A stretch of DNA of 64,000 nt, from positions 682,001 to 746,000 of the forward strand of contig OX597838.1 in NCBI GenBank assembly GCA_951406725.2, written 5' to 3'. The notes beneath the pieces are model-generated. The model was not told the DNA's origin. It saw nothing but the letters and a program-made list of their open reading frames with translations, and searched no databases. The position numbers and the translations under genes were made by a program. This DNA comes from Octopus vulgaris (lineage: Eukaryota). Shown one piece after another: positions 13,953 to 27,051 of this stretch. Numbering within the stretch: the stretch's first letter is position 1; each line of letters opens with the position of its first letter.

Positions 13953-15269
13953 TTGTATAACATATATATCATATATCGTAAGCGCACACACACAGACACA
14001 CACGCACAGAGTGGCTACATGTTCTGTAACAAGAAACTTGTAATTATGTAGAGTTTGGAGTTGAGTCTAAGAACAATAGTTCAAGAAATAGATGGACACG
14101 CAGAGATGTGTGTCTGGGTGTGTAACTATTCAATTAGACATGTTAGTTTCAAGTTTAGATAACACACATGTCACGTGTGTTATTTAAACCAATCAGAATT
14201 TTTGGTTGGCAAACTAGGAAGCTATTGAATCATTTTCGGGATTTCGTTGTCTTGGATCAATCGCTGGACACGAGACGGGTTTCTTTCTTTCTCAACCTGG
14301 TTGTTTGGTCTCACTCATCTTATTCTGTCTTGTCTCCTCTCTCTTCCTCTTTCTCTCTCTCTCTCTCCTTCTCTCTCTCTCTCTCTCCTTCTCTCGCATG
14401 GTTACAGACCATCTTTTTGTTTTAGACGTAACACGATAAATTCTACCAGTTTAAATATCAGCTTGCATTTGTTTGACTTTACCATTTATTCCACTGACAC
14501 GAAAACTTTCGATACATTTCCCAAATGACATATTAAAACACGATTATGATGTTTATATAAATTCACAAACACACTTATGCAAGATTTGATTTAAATATCC
14601 TCAATAAAGATTTGAAAATGCCCTCGACTGAATCTCTACCATTTTTTAATCTATTCTATCAAAACTGCACGCTATATAATTAGCATTACATTACTGAGTT
14701 TACCACAACTTGGAACAACGCTTTCGGTTGATACAATTAGGGATATATTTTTTTTAAAAGTGATCGATATGTGTGGATCCTTCTTTTGTTAAATTCTGGA
14801 ATTAATATAATTTTGCTAAGTTTTTACATTCTGATGATTTAGCAATTATAATATAATTTCTTTCAGATGTTTGTGAGTGAGAAAAATTTTTTCGTCTTTA
14901 CAGGATCGGAGTAAAGGTTTCTGATGCCATTTACATTTTCTTGATGCTTTTCTGCTTTTTAATTGAGCTGATATAGTAAGCTTAAGGACCTATGCGAGTT
15001 GTATGCCTTGGGGTTGCCTCCAGTGATGAGAGTTTATTAAGCTGATGAGATGTTGTGTAAGTCAGAGGTCTAAACAACAAATCAAGTTAAGGCCATCTCA
15101 TCGTATTTCAGGCAGAGTGTATCTAGGACTACATTATCCAGTGTGTCTGCCGTATTTTGTAATAAAATAACAAGAAATTTGAAGATATCATTGCCAACTG
15201 GTAAGTTGTTCAACTCTCACCATTGGTGCGCTGTAGGAGCAAGTGGTAAGGCTGGAGATGATGTATATA

Positions 15270-15790
15270 GCAGAAGGCATCCATCAGTCTCGTGAGAGCA
15301 CGGATCTGCTCCTGGAGATTTTGTGTCAGCTACTGATGATGGTGCAGTGTCTGCCGTGGCTGTACAGGTTCATATGGGAGTGGCAGTCACGCATACAACG
15401 ACTGTATTTGAAGAAGCTTTCTATCGGCACTGCTATAGCTTTGCCTTGGTGGAAAGTTCCAGCTTCTCTTCCCTTTGCTTCATTTCCATTCGCAATATTT
15501 GCCTCCAGCTCGAGCGATCATTTGTGACCTTCTCCTATCTCATGACGTCCAGATCTATTGACTTCGTATCTCTCTTGCAGACGTCCTTGAAACAAACATG
15601 AGGCCGTCCTCGTGCAATTCCCTATGCAGGGGGTCTTTAGGGATCTTCCCGTCCAGCATGCAATATACATGATCGAGCCAGCGCGGAGAGCGCCACTGAA
15701 TATACTGGGTATCTTGGCGCGGTTGAGGACTTCAGTGTTGGTGACTCGGTCAGTCCACTTGATGTCGAAGATGCGTCTCTGATTACGAAG
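15270..15790 (-). mobile_element. RTE (BovB-like) LINE 3' fragment, decayed
   Basis: Translation gives LRNQRRIFDIKWTDRVTNTEVLNRAKIPSI, WLDHVYCMLDGKIPKD, GRPHVCFKDVCKRD, DRSSWRQ and a C-terminal DCHSHMNLYSHGRHC zinc-finger-like motif. Confidence 0.85.
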
Positions 15791-15828
15791 ATAGATATAT
15801 ATATATATATATATGAATATATATATAG

Positions 15829-16021
15829 TCGCCATGATAAATCGTTAGCCACTACACACATTTTTTTCTCTCCTTGTTTCTGTCTGTGTCCCTTTCTGTG
15901 GAAGAGCGTAGGCTCGAAACGTAAAAGACTTTTTCAATTCCTGAGCGTTATACTAATACATCTGTTTGTTTTCTACACCACCTGTCTTCGTCTTTTGTTG
16001 CTTTTTTCGTGAATTCTCCCT
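15829..16021 (+). mobile_element. HHR-bearing element family H1, copy 2
   Basis: High identity to 699-876 and 33765-33949; flanked by TA runs on both sides. Confidence 0.85.
15892..15927 (+). ncRNA. Type I hammerhead-like motif, H1 family (CUGUGGA-A core)
   Basis: cttt-CTGTGGA-A-gagc(gtag)gctc-GAAAC-GTA-aaag; identical at 33820-33855. Confidence 0.62.
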
Positions 16022-16882
16022 ATATATAAATATATACATACATATAAGAAAAGGCATAAATAATGGGTTTTACATATTTCTTCGTATGTGCATCTTAGAC
16101 TCACAGCTGTTTCTGATATGCTTCATTAATGATTTCATGGTTCTGTTTACTCAGTCGGTCGGTTGATCGATATAAAAGAATGAACAACCTAAACGAATAA
16201 TATAAAAAAAAAAATGAACGGTGAAGATCGTTCAAATTTTTTCAACTTTTTTCAAATAAAGAAGTGTGTAAAGACCATTATTTATGCGTTTTCTTATTTG
16301 AATTCTTACATTTGCAGGGTCTTGACGATGGTAACATAGCAATGGAGAAGATGTACAGGTTTGTGCAAGTGGTATGAAGTCTCCATCCTGGTTTATACTT
16401 TATCGGGGTATATTGTAGGAGTATACCAACCGACCAGCCAATAACCCAACTACCACCCAATGCAAACATCAGAGCACCACCACCAACACTACCATACAAC
16501 AACCGATGCCATCGTAGCTAACACCACTTCTACAAAAGCCACCACTACCACTGCTATCACCACCACCAAAATTCCTACTACCATCAACACCACCAATGCT
16601 ACGTCACTGCAAACACTACCGTCACTACAACTGCTACAACCATCAAAACCACCACCACCACCACCACCATCATAACCCTCTCCTCACACCACACCCCCTA
16701 AACAATTAGTCTCCCCAGTAAGAAATTATCACTCACTAATCTAAATTGCCTTCTCGATTTGTCTTCATGAATATTCATGAGTTTTGCGACTCACGTGACC
16801 TACTCTTACCCGAACCTTACTCCACAACCTGTTTCCAGCTTTCACATCTCACTTTCTCGCTTTTGTTGGCCGCATTCATCTG

Positions 16883-17313
<431 letters not shown>

Positions 17314-17340
17314 ACCTACCTAACTACCACTGTGTGCGTT

Positions 17341-17415
<75 letters not shown>

Positions 17416-17936
17416 GTGACGGATGTCCATAGATATATTTTCACGTCGTATATTCATATAAAATTATAAACACATGTATCCCCATATGCTTGTGCTTACC
17501 TACACATAAACATGCATAAAGGCACACATTCACACATACATTCATACATATATGCATATACACAAACATTATATGCATACATACATGCACACATATATAC
17601 ATAAATGCATATATATGCACATACATTCATCAATACATTAATAAATGTCTCTGAATACACTTATCCGTATAAATATGCATATAGTAATAAATAGTTGAAA
17701 CATAACGAAGGACACACACACACACACATGTGCATATATATATATACATACATATATTGTATTTAGATATAATTTCACCTGTCTATATGTGCATACAAAT
17801 AACGATATGTGTATACATTATATGCATAATTCATCGCCAACCAGCTGCTAAGTGTATCCAAACTGAGAAATTAAACTCGTACATTAATATACATACATTA
17901 CACATATAAATGTGTGTGTATGTGTGTATATATATG

Positions 17937-17973
<37 letters not shown>

Positions 17974-18147
17974 ACTTATATATATACTTATATATATATA
18001 TCCATATATATATATATATTCATATATATATAAATATATATATATCTATACATATATGTATTTGTATATATATAATATATGTATGTATATGTGTGTGTAT
18101 CTGTATTTTGCATGTAAAATATATGTATGTATGTACATATATATATG

Positions 18148-18229
<82 letters not shown>

Positions 18230-18237
18230 TATATGTA

Positions 18238-18292
<55 letters not shown>

Positions 18293-18603
18293 TTGTTTTC
18301 TCCTTCCATTATACTATTATTGTTGGTGGTGGCGCTGCTGGTTTTTCAGCCGTGAGGGTGTCGGTGTCTTCCCCATCTTCTCTCCCTCCCTGTCGTTCAA
18401 GTTTGCACTTCATTGCAATGGCAAGTGGATTGATTGTCCAACTGCGGCAGACTTGTAAAGTGAAACCTCCTCTTAACAAAAGGTACTCGACAGGTGGTCA
18501 TTATTTGATTGTCTCCGTACTCATTCATATATTCATTGCATTCTCTTTCATCAATTTACTTTCTCTACTTCTTATCTGTCCGTGTCTCCCCAAGCTCTCT
18601 TTC

Positions 18604-18650
<47 letters not shown>

Positions 18651-18743
18651 TAAATATATATATATATATATATATACCAGGTGGTGCTATTAAGTTAGAC
18701 ATGGCCTGGGCCAATAATGGCCGAAACCTATCAAAGTATCAAA

Positions 18744-18777
<34 letters not shown>

Positions 18778-19662
18778 AACTATCTAGTGTCACACACACA
18801 TACGCACACACACACACAAACACACACAAACACACACACACACACACAAACACACACGCACACGCACACGCACAAACACACACACACACACACACACAAA
18901 CACACACATCAATAGACACAAGGTTACACTCGGATACATTTTACTCATAAATGGAAGAGATTCAATCATAATCTTACACAAATATCTTCACGCAAAGGTT
19001 TACGCAAGTGAACACATACACACACGTATATATGTATGTGTGTGTATGTGTGTACGTGTGTGTGAGTGTGTGTGTGTGCGTGAGTGTGTGTGCGTGTGTG
19101 TGTGCATATATATATGTATATATACACGTATATATGTAGATACATATATGAATACACACATATATATATATGCATATATACACACGTAATATACACATAT
19201 ACATATGTGCACATATATATAACACATACAAAGATACATGCATATATAGATAACACATACATATATATATATACATATATTTATATATATATATACTCAT
19301 AATACACACGTATATACATAGATTCGTACACATGCACATACATACAAGCATATATTCTCGCAAACACATGCATGTCTACATCCGAATACGCTCGTAGATA
19401 AGGACATACTTAAATGCTTCAACCTGGACCTACAAACGTGCTCGTATACACACACACACTAACACGTACACACACACACATACACACATACACACGCACG
19501 GATTCGAATGCGCATGCGTCCATAAACTGCATGGTGATAATGATTTTTCTCTTTTTATTTCTGTGAGAATAACACCGTCGCTCCCCTCCCAGCCTTTTCT
19601 CCATTTCTTGAGTGTGACACAGATGCAATTATTGCCTACTTGGCCATCATTAATACAACCGT

Positions 19663-19666
<4 letters not shown>

Positions 19667-19694
<28 letters not shown>

Positions 19695-19701
19695 CCACCA
19701 C

Positions 19702-19795
<94 letters not shown>

Positions 19796-19840
19796 TTCAT
19801 CATCATCATCATCATCATCTTCATCATCAGCAGCAGCAGC
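19667..19840. repeat. (CAT)n microsatellite
   Basis: Trinucleotide array; explains the poly-S/D/M/I ORFs. Confidence 0.97.
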
Positions 19841-20364
19841 AGGTGTAGCAACATCAACAGGAAGACCAGCAACACACAAGCACGTTCTAAGCACTCTTGA
19901 CCTGCTGGAAACAGAAGCAAAATATCCCTTAAATCCCACCTCACCTCTTCACTAAAACTGGAGAGATAAAAGATTAAATACATGGAGGCCAGAAGAAAAC
20001 AGATGGATTGGCCATGGATGGAATACAATTGCTTGTCTCAGGAGAATGAAAATTGATGAGGTACTAAATAAAACAATAGCAGCATTAAAAGATTGGATCC
20101 CAAACCAGCATAATCACCCCACCCACCTTTTCCGCCCTAAATATTAAAGCCATTTGATTCTCACCCCCTCCCACCACTTTATTAATGGGAAGGCAAAATA
20201 TATCACCGGTTCATAGAATTTTAAAAACCATCTTAATCTTATAAACACAGTAATTTGCCCGCAAACGCCTTCCGTGTCCACCACCTCTGAGGAACATGAC
20301 TCTAAAAATTATATTGTTAGCGGCTGTTCATTCTAGAATGAAGACTGTATATGTGTGTGTATAT

Positions 20365-20752
20365 GTCATGATTCAGTTTATTTCAAGATTTCTTGCCAAT
20401 AGAGAAAGAGCTGGTTTCTAACCTAGATCCAAGGCTCCTTCATTGGAATTTCAACATCAACAACAGCGTATTTTTGTTTGCATCTGCAGATTTCTATGCT
20501 TTATGTATTCTCATTCATAGAGTTGCATATCTAGACATGGTCATATTTAGTTAAATGATAAACTTCTGAGTTCCAGTGATGGATTGGATCTGTAGTCTTC
20601 GAATTAGCTTTCTCCTTTCTGGTTTTGAGAAGCCTAATATCTCAAGATTGGTTTTAGGTAGTGTGTTATATACCCCAGGGCCCCAATAATTACAGGTAGA
20701 AACCTGAACTCTTAATCTGGATAGAATAATTGCAGATTTCTCAATAGTTCAT
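20365..20752 (-). mobile_element. R4/Dong non-LTR retrotransposon 3' end with 3' UTR
   Basis: Minus strand encodes ELLRNLQLFYPD*EFRFLPVIIGALG and RKLIRRLQIQSITGT; nucleotide similarity to 62865-63150. Confidence 0.85.
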
Positions 20753-20759
20753 GTATCTC

Positions 20760-21075
20760 ACCTTCCCGAGCGTCAAACTAATACACCTGCCTTCGTCTTT
20801 AGTTTTTCTGTAAATTTCAACTTGTTTTTGTTCCCAACTTTGACCCTCCACAAATCCTAAGTTTTATTTTAGAATTTATGGGAGCAACTGTCTTTGAAGA
20901 CTCATATAGTTGTTGAATGCTTGAAATGAGGAGTAGATAGACAGCTGACAACTGATGAAGGGTCCTTTCTCTTTGTTTACTTGTCCTGTTTTCCTTTTTC
21001 TCGTTGTTTACGCATTTAACTCTTTTCTCTAGGTATTCCATGTTATTTGCACCGTTGGTGACGTCCTCTACCCAT
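20760..21075 (+). mobile_element. Second copy of the H1-tail plus second-module composite
   Basis: cttcccgagcgtcaaactaatac...cttcgtcttt (H1 3' part), then gagtagatagacagctgacaactgatgaagggtc...tgacgtcctctaccca; same order as the reverse complement of 5680-5980. Confidence 0.6.
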
Positions 21076-21614
21076 AAATGTATGTATGCGCCTAGAGGAG
21101 AAAAGGTTATATAAGTTTAGACGATGTTGGAAATGTGATATTGTGATTTAGGCCCAGGGATCGTTGTTGCATTGTCAATATAGGAGCAGGTGTTGCGTCG
21201 GCAATGAACGTACCAAAAAGTGCTCCATTGTGTGGGACTGGCGCGGTGTGGAGCGCGTCTTACTCGTAGGTTTCCGAGGTTCCTCATTTCAGGGGAGGTG
21301 GAGAGCGATGATGGGAGCAGTTCTGATGTCAGAAAATAGAATTCGAAAGCTGCAGATGAGTATATATTTCCTTGGAACAACGGACGGGTAGAAAGTAAGA
21401 GAGAGAGAGAGAGAGAGGGGGGGGAGGGGAATACAGTCCTTAGGTATGTTTGTGTATATATATATTTATATATATGGTGGGGTTGGGTTAGATATAGATA
21501 TGTGTGTATGTGCGTGCGTGTGCACGAATGTACACGTGTATGTACGTATAAGTATATATGTTCATGGAGATAGATGTATATGCTCGAATAATATATATAT
21601 ATATATATATACAC

Positions 21615-21690
<76 letters not shown>

Positions 21691-22481
21691 ATATATATAA
21701 TATATATATATATATATATAATAGACATATATACACACACACAACATATTACATATATGAATATGCTCATACATATGTATACATAGATACCGTACATGCA
21801 TATGTATGTGTGTGTGTGCGTATATATATATATATATATGTATAGAATTTAATATAAAATATAAATTACAAAGTGGGACAAGAACGCAAAAACACACAAA
21901 GAGACGACACAAAAAACCGACGGGTCACTCGAAGCCTCTGTACGTATGTACACACGATCATTTATGTCTTTGTATACGCATGCGCACACGTTATGTACAT
22001 GACTTGCAAAGCCTGACACGTGACCTATGGACTTGACCCGTCATCTTCATCTTCCCTGCTTCCTACCCTCTACCCTCCCCCACCACTTCCGCCGCTGCTG
22101 CCCTACACCACAAACGTTTATACGCACATATCATGTATAAATTATGACCTTACACAAGCACACGCACACACACACATTATATAGTGTATGTAGTATGTTT
22201 ATATATATACATATATAGTGCATGTATGCATATGTGTATATATATGTATATATATGCATGTGTGTGGGCGTATGTGTGTGTGTCCGTGTCCGTCTCGACA
22301 CAAGATTATGCCACGAACAGATGTCGATATCGTTACTGCTCCACCACCACCGCCTCCAGTATTTACCAGAGGACCACCCCAAAAGAGAGAGAGCGAGAGA
22401 GAGGGGGATAGAAGCATAGGGCAGAGAGAGAGAGGAGGAGAGAGACAGAGGTAGGAGAGAGAGACGGATAGAGGCAGAGGT

Positions 22482-22539
<58 letters not shown>

Positions 22540-23452
22540 TAACTAGGTGGCGGCACAATTAGTATCGAAATTGTTAGCGTTATTAAAGCCGGAGAAGTGA
22601 GTTGAGGGTGGCCTGAGCAGGTGTGAAAGGGTGAGTGGAGGCGTTGGTGACGGTGAATGTATTCAGGTAAAGGGGCCGGGGGAACTTGAGTATATTGAAG
22701 TGTGGGGCGAGGGGTCTATCTGGGCGGTGGCGGTGGCAATGATGATGGTGGTGATGGTGCCAGGGAAAGTCTATCTGAGTGATAATGGTGGGGATGGAGA
22801 TGGCGGCGGCGGCGGTGGTGGTGGTGGTGGTGATGTTATGCTAATATTTTTATCTCACAGATGCCATGGGGACATTTATCAGTTTGTAAAGATATCATTA
22901 TACAATTAATCACTTCTTACCATTTCATCATCTTGTATGTGTGTGTGTATGTGTGTATGTATGTATGTATGTATGTATGTGTGTGTGTATGTGTGTGTGT
23001 ATGTATGTATGTATGTATGTATGTATGTGTGTGTGTATGTATGTATGTAGCTGTATGCATGTATGTATGTGTGTATGTATGTATATGTGCGTGTATGTAT
23101 GTGTATGTATATATATATGTATGAATGTATGTATGTATGTGTGTATGTGAGTGTGTGTTTGTGTATACAGACATATATGTATGTGCATATAGAAAAACAT
23201 ATGTATCCGTGTGTATGTGTGTATATATATACATGTATATGTATGTATATATATCTGTTTATACATTTATACATATATATACATACATATATATATATAT
23301 ACATATATATATATAATGTATTCGTAATATACGCGCACATATGAATATACATGAATAATGCTTGGCCAATTCGCTTCTACATCCTGTGGTGTTATTGTTC
23401 AGGAATGCTTCAAAAATACATACATAAATTCAATTCATATCTATTTTAACTA

Positions 23453-23496
23453 TGCCAGCATGGAAAACTGACGTTAAATGATGATGATGATGATGT

Positions 23497-23512
<16 letters not shown>
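23453..23512 (+). mobile_element. Retroposon 3' tail with (ATG)n
   Basis: gccagcatggaaaactgacgttaaatgatgatgat resembles an RTE-type/SINE tail ending in a short tandem repeat. Confidence 0.45.
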
Positions 23513-23527
<15 letters not shown>

Positions 23528-23759
23528 GATATATTTATTGATTGGTAGATAGATATACATACGTTTATATATACATACATATATTTGTATGGTTCTGTAT
23601 ATATATTAGTATAGATGTTGATAGTACAGGAAATCGGTGCATTTCCGATGCAGCACCCAACTCGAACCCCAAACTATCTGTACTCTTGAAATGAACCTTG
23701 AAAAAAAATTCAAGTCAACTCGTACACGAGGGTCGGAGTACATCACTGATAAGAGCAAA

Positions 23760-24057
23760 GTATAAGTCTGACGAAGAGTAACTTAGAATATAAAGAAGAT
23801 GAAGAATAAATTTAGCACCACTTCATTTTAAGTTACAGTTGTTTCGGCGTCACCCCGTTTCTAATAGTAACGAATAGAAATGATTTCGTGCGTAAAATTA
23901 CGTAATATTTGCCGTTAATTTTACTAGCATAATCACGTGCCACTTCAATATAATCAGCTGTAAATATTGCGTAGCTTTTCACTCGAGATCTTTTACGCTC
24001 CATAGCTTTAGAAACGGAGAGCTCCCGAAACAACTGTAGCTAACGCTCAAGTGCTAC
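23760..24057. mobile_element. Fold-back element with duplicated HHR 3' half
   Basis: Arms 23831-23864 and 24008-24041 (agttacagttgtttcgg...ccgtttctaa / ttagaaacgg...ccgaaacaactgtagct); CTGACGA-A at 23768-23775. Confidence 0.55.
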
Positions 24058-24215
24058 ATTCATTGACTTATTCTTTGTAAGCGAAGTACTTATTCTATCG
24101 GTCTCTTTGGCCGAACCGCTAAGTTACGAGGACGTAAACACACCAGCATCGGTTGTCAAGCGATGTTGGGGGGCAAACACAGACACACAAACACACACAC
24201 ACATACATACATACA

Positions 24216-24315
<100 letters not shown>

Positions 24316-24323
24316 TATATATA

Positions 24324-24629
24324 CTTTATTTAAAGCAGCAGAAAATTCAACAAAACATGTTACTCTGAGTTTCCCGTTGCCGTTCATCGGACAGTCTAGC
24401 AAAAACTGTCCGATGAACGGCAACGGGAAACTCAGAGTAACAGGTTTTGTTGAATTTTCTGCTGCTTTGAAATAAAGCATATTACTCTACCACTGGTATT
24501 TGAGTACTCTTTTTTCCACCTTGTTTCACATTTATGTGTTTACTCCGGTAGCGTCCAATAATACTTTATTTGTTCCACGTCCTCGCGTTGCTGTGTTTTT
24601 TTTGTTTTTTTGTGTTTTCTTGTTTGGAT

Positions 24630-24635
<6 letters not shown>
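24324..24635. mobile_element. HHR hairpin element (family H2): ~72-bp perfect fold-back plus unique tail
   Basis: Arms 24324-24395 and 24405-24477 differ by 1 indel and 1 mismatch, with a 9-nt loop. Terminal 24550-24635 is the reverse complement of 36115-36192. Confidence 0.85.
24401..24448 (+). ncRNA. Type I hammerhead-like motif, CCGAUGA core (mirror copy on minus strand at ~24352-24395)
   Basis: ctgt-CCGATGA-A-cg(gcaa)cg-G-GAAAC-tcaga-GTA-acag. Helix I ctgt/acag extended by aaaa/tttt, GNRA-capped helix II, near-palindromic helix III ACTC-A-GAGT. Confidence 0.65.
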
Positions 24636-24661
<26 letters not shown>

Positions 24662-24846
24662 CGACGGGCTTCTTTCAGTTTCCGTCTATGAAATCCACTT
24701 CCAAGGATTTGGTCGGCCCGAGGCTATAGTAGAAGACACTTGCCCAAGGTTCCACGCAGTGGGACTGAACCCGGAACCATGTGGTTCGTAAGCAAGCTAC
24801 TTACCTCACAGCTACTCCTACGCCTGGATATATTAACATCCAGGCT

Positions 24847-24922
<76 letters not shown>

Positions 24923-25159
24923 TCAGTTCCAAGATTTATTCTGCTACCAAAATAGATTTTAAGCATATATGTTGCATCGTATGTGCTGTGCATGTTTAAC
25001 AACATATCGTTTGTTCTGCTCGGATTTCAGTATACTGTGAATTCCCGAAAACATTGAAGTCTAAACCCCAAAATTTAAGAATCTGTGCGTGTTTACATGT
25101 GTATGTATGTCTGCGTGCTCATACACATAGAAACTGAATTATTCGACATTCCCCCCCCC

Positions 25160-25217
<58 letters not shown>

Positions 25218-25267
25218 AGATAGATAGATACATACATACATACATACATACATACATACATACATGC

Positions 25268-25300
<33 letters not shown>

Positions 25301-26018
25301 CATAGGTATATATACACACACATAAACATACATACATACACACACGCATATATATATATATATATATATTTGTATATATATATATATATATATGTGTTTT
25401 AGTGTATATATACACTCATGCAAACACACGAAAGCACCCACTTATACCGATATAGAGACAGAGGGAAAGACAGAGAGAGAGGAAGAAGGAGAGAGGAAGA
25501 GAGAGGGAGAGGAATAAAGATCTTGTTACAATGGATAATGACGTAGTAAGAGAGAAGATAGTAAAAAAGCTGATAATCAGACGCACAGGTTTTTAATTAT
25601 GCTTTCAGGTAGATGATGGTAGGTGAGAGGCGGCCGGGTGCATGGAGGAGTGGTCCTGGCTAATTCACTAAATAAGATAACTCACAAAAAAAGGCCCAAA
25701 CCATGTAATTACTCAGCCAATTAATGGCAAGATAATGGCCATTTTTTCTGTTTTCGTTCGTCTCACTTCGCTCATCGTTTTGTGTAACCAAAACCTCAAT
25801 GAATTTTCTCCATCAAAACAGAAAATAAAATAAACAAAAAAGAAACAAAGAAATATTATCAAAATTTTGTTGTTCAGCTTTTTTTTGTTTTGTTTCTTCT
25901 TTGCTTTTTGTTTTGTTCAAGTACGAAGTGTATTGTAATAAGACACACTATATATATTATCTCTCTTTGGAGAGGGCCATATATGGCTATGACTGCATTT
26001 ATACACACACACACTTAA

Positions 26019-26051
<33 letters not shown>

Positions 26052-26972
26052 CACGCAAATATATATACATATATACTTATACATAAATATATGTACACAC
26101 ACACACACATATATATTTATATACGTACAAATTTATAGACATATGTGCACATGCATATGTATACATATACACACATTCATACGTGTGTGTGTGGGTGTGT
26201 AATATAAAGAGCGTGTTTGTTCGTTGTTTACTTGTGTAAAGCATTAAAGTCCTTTGCCGGAACAGGTAGAGTCACGTGTGGTTGGACGTGTTCCTTTAAT
26301 CGTCTGTGAATGATTGCTGCTTCAGGTGGTTTGGGGGTGGGGGTAAATATCGGACGATGGGCAGTGGGGAGAGCTTCGCCAAATGAAACCATTGCAGGGA
26401 GCCAATGGTCAACTTGCTTGCGGTCACCTAAAAATGCTCTGTTCATGGCACGAAGAAATAGCACCATTGCGTTTTTTTCTGCTATTTTGCCGTCCAGATA
26501 TAATTGTGAAGAAGAACGGAAGTTTGTGTGTAGTGTGTCGACATCTTGAGCCTTTCACGGCCCGGAAAGATGCAGAGGAATTGTGAAGGTAGAAGAATGG
26601 TGACATTGAAATAAACCGGATGTGGTTTCTGACAGTAAAACCACCAGCAATAAGAACTGGAGCAAGAGGTGTGATAAAAATAAACACGAAGGACTAGAAA
26701 AATCAAGTCATTGCAATAAGAAAACGAAAAAGAACGACATATATAATGACCGGTTGAGATGCTACAACATAAACCATGCACCACCACCACCACCAACAAC
26801 AACAACAGCAACAACAACAACAAGCACAAACACCACCCAATAACATCATTCACATAATAACCATTTTCTACGTAACAAGCAAAGCCTCGGTAATGGTACC
26901 CATCGACCAGGTTAAACTGGGTGACATTAACATACATACATACAGACATACATACATACATACAGACATACA

Positions 26973-27051
<79 letters not shown>

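Noticed and set aside
19563-20028. Poly-S/D/M ORFs
   Set aside because: (CAT)n microsatellite with no coding context.
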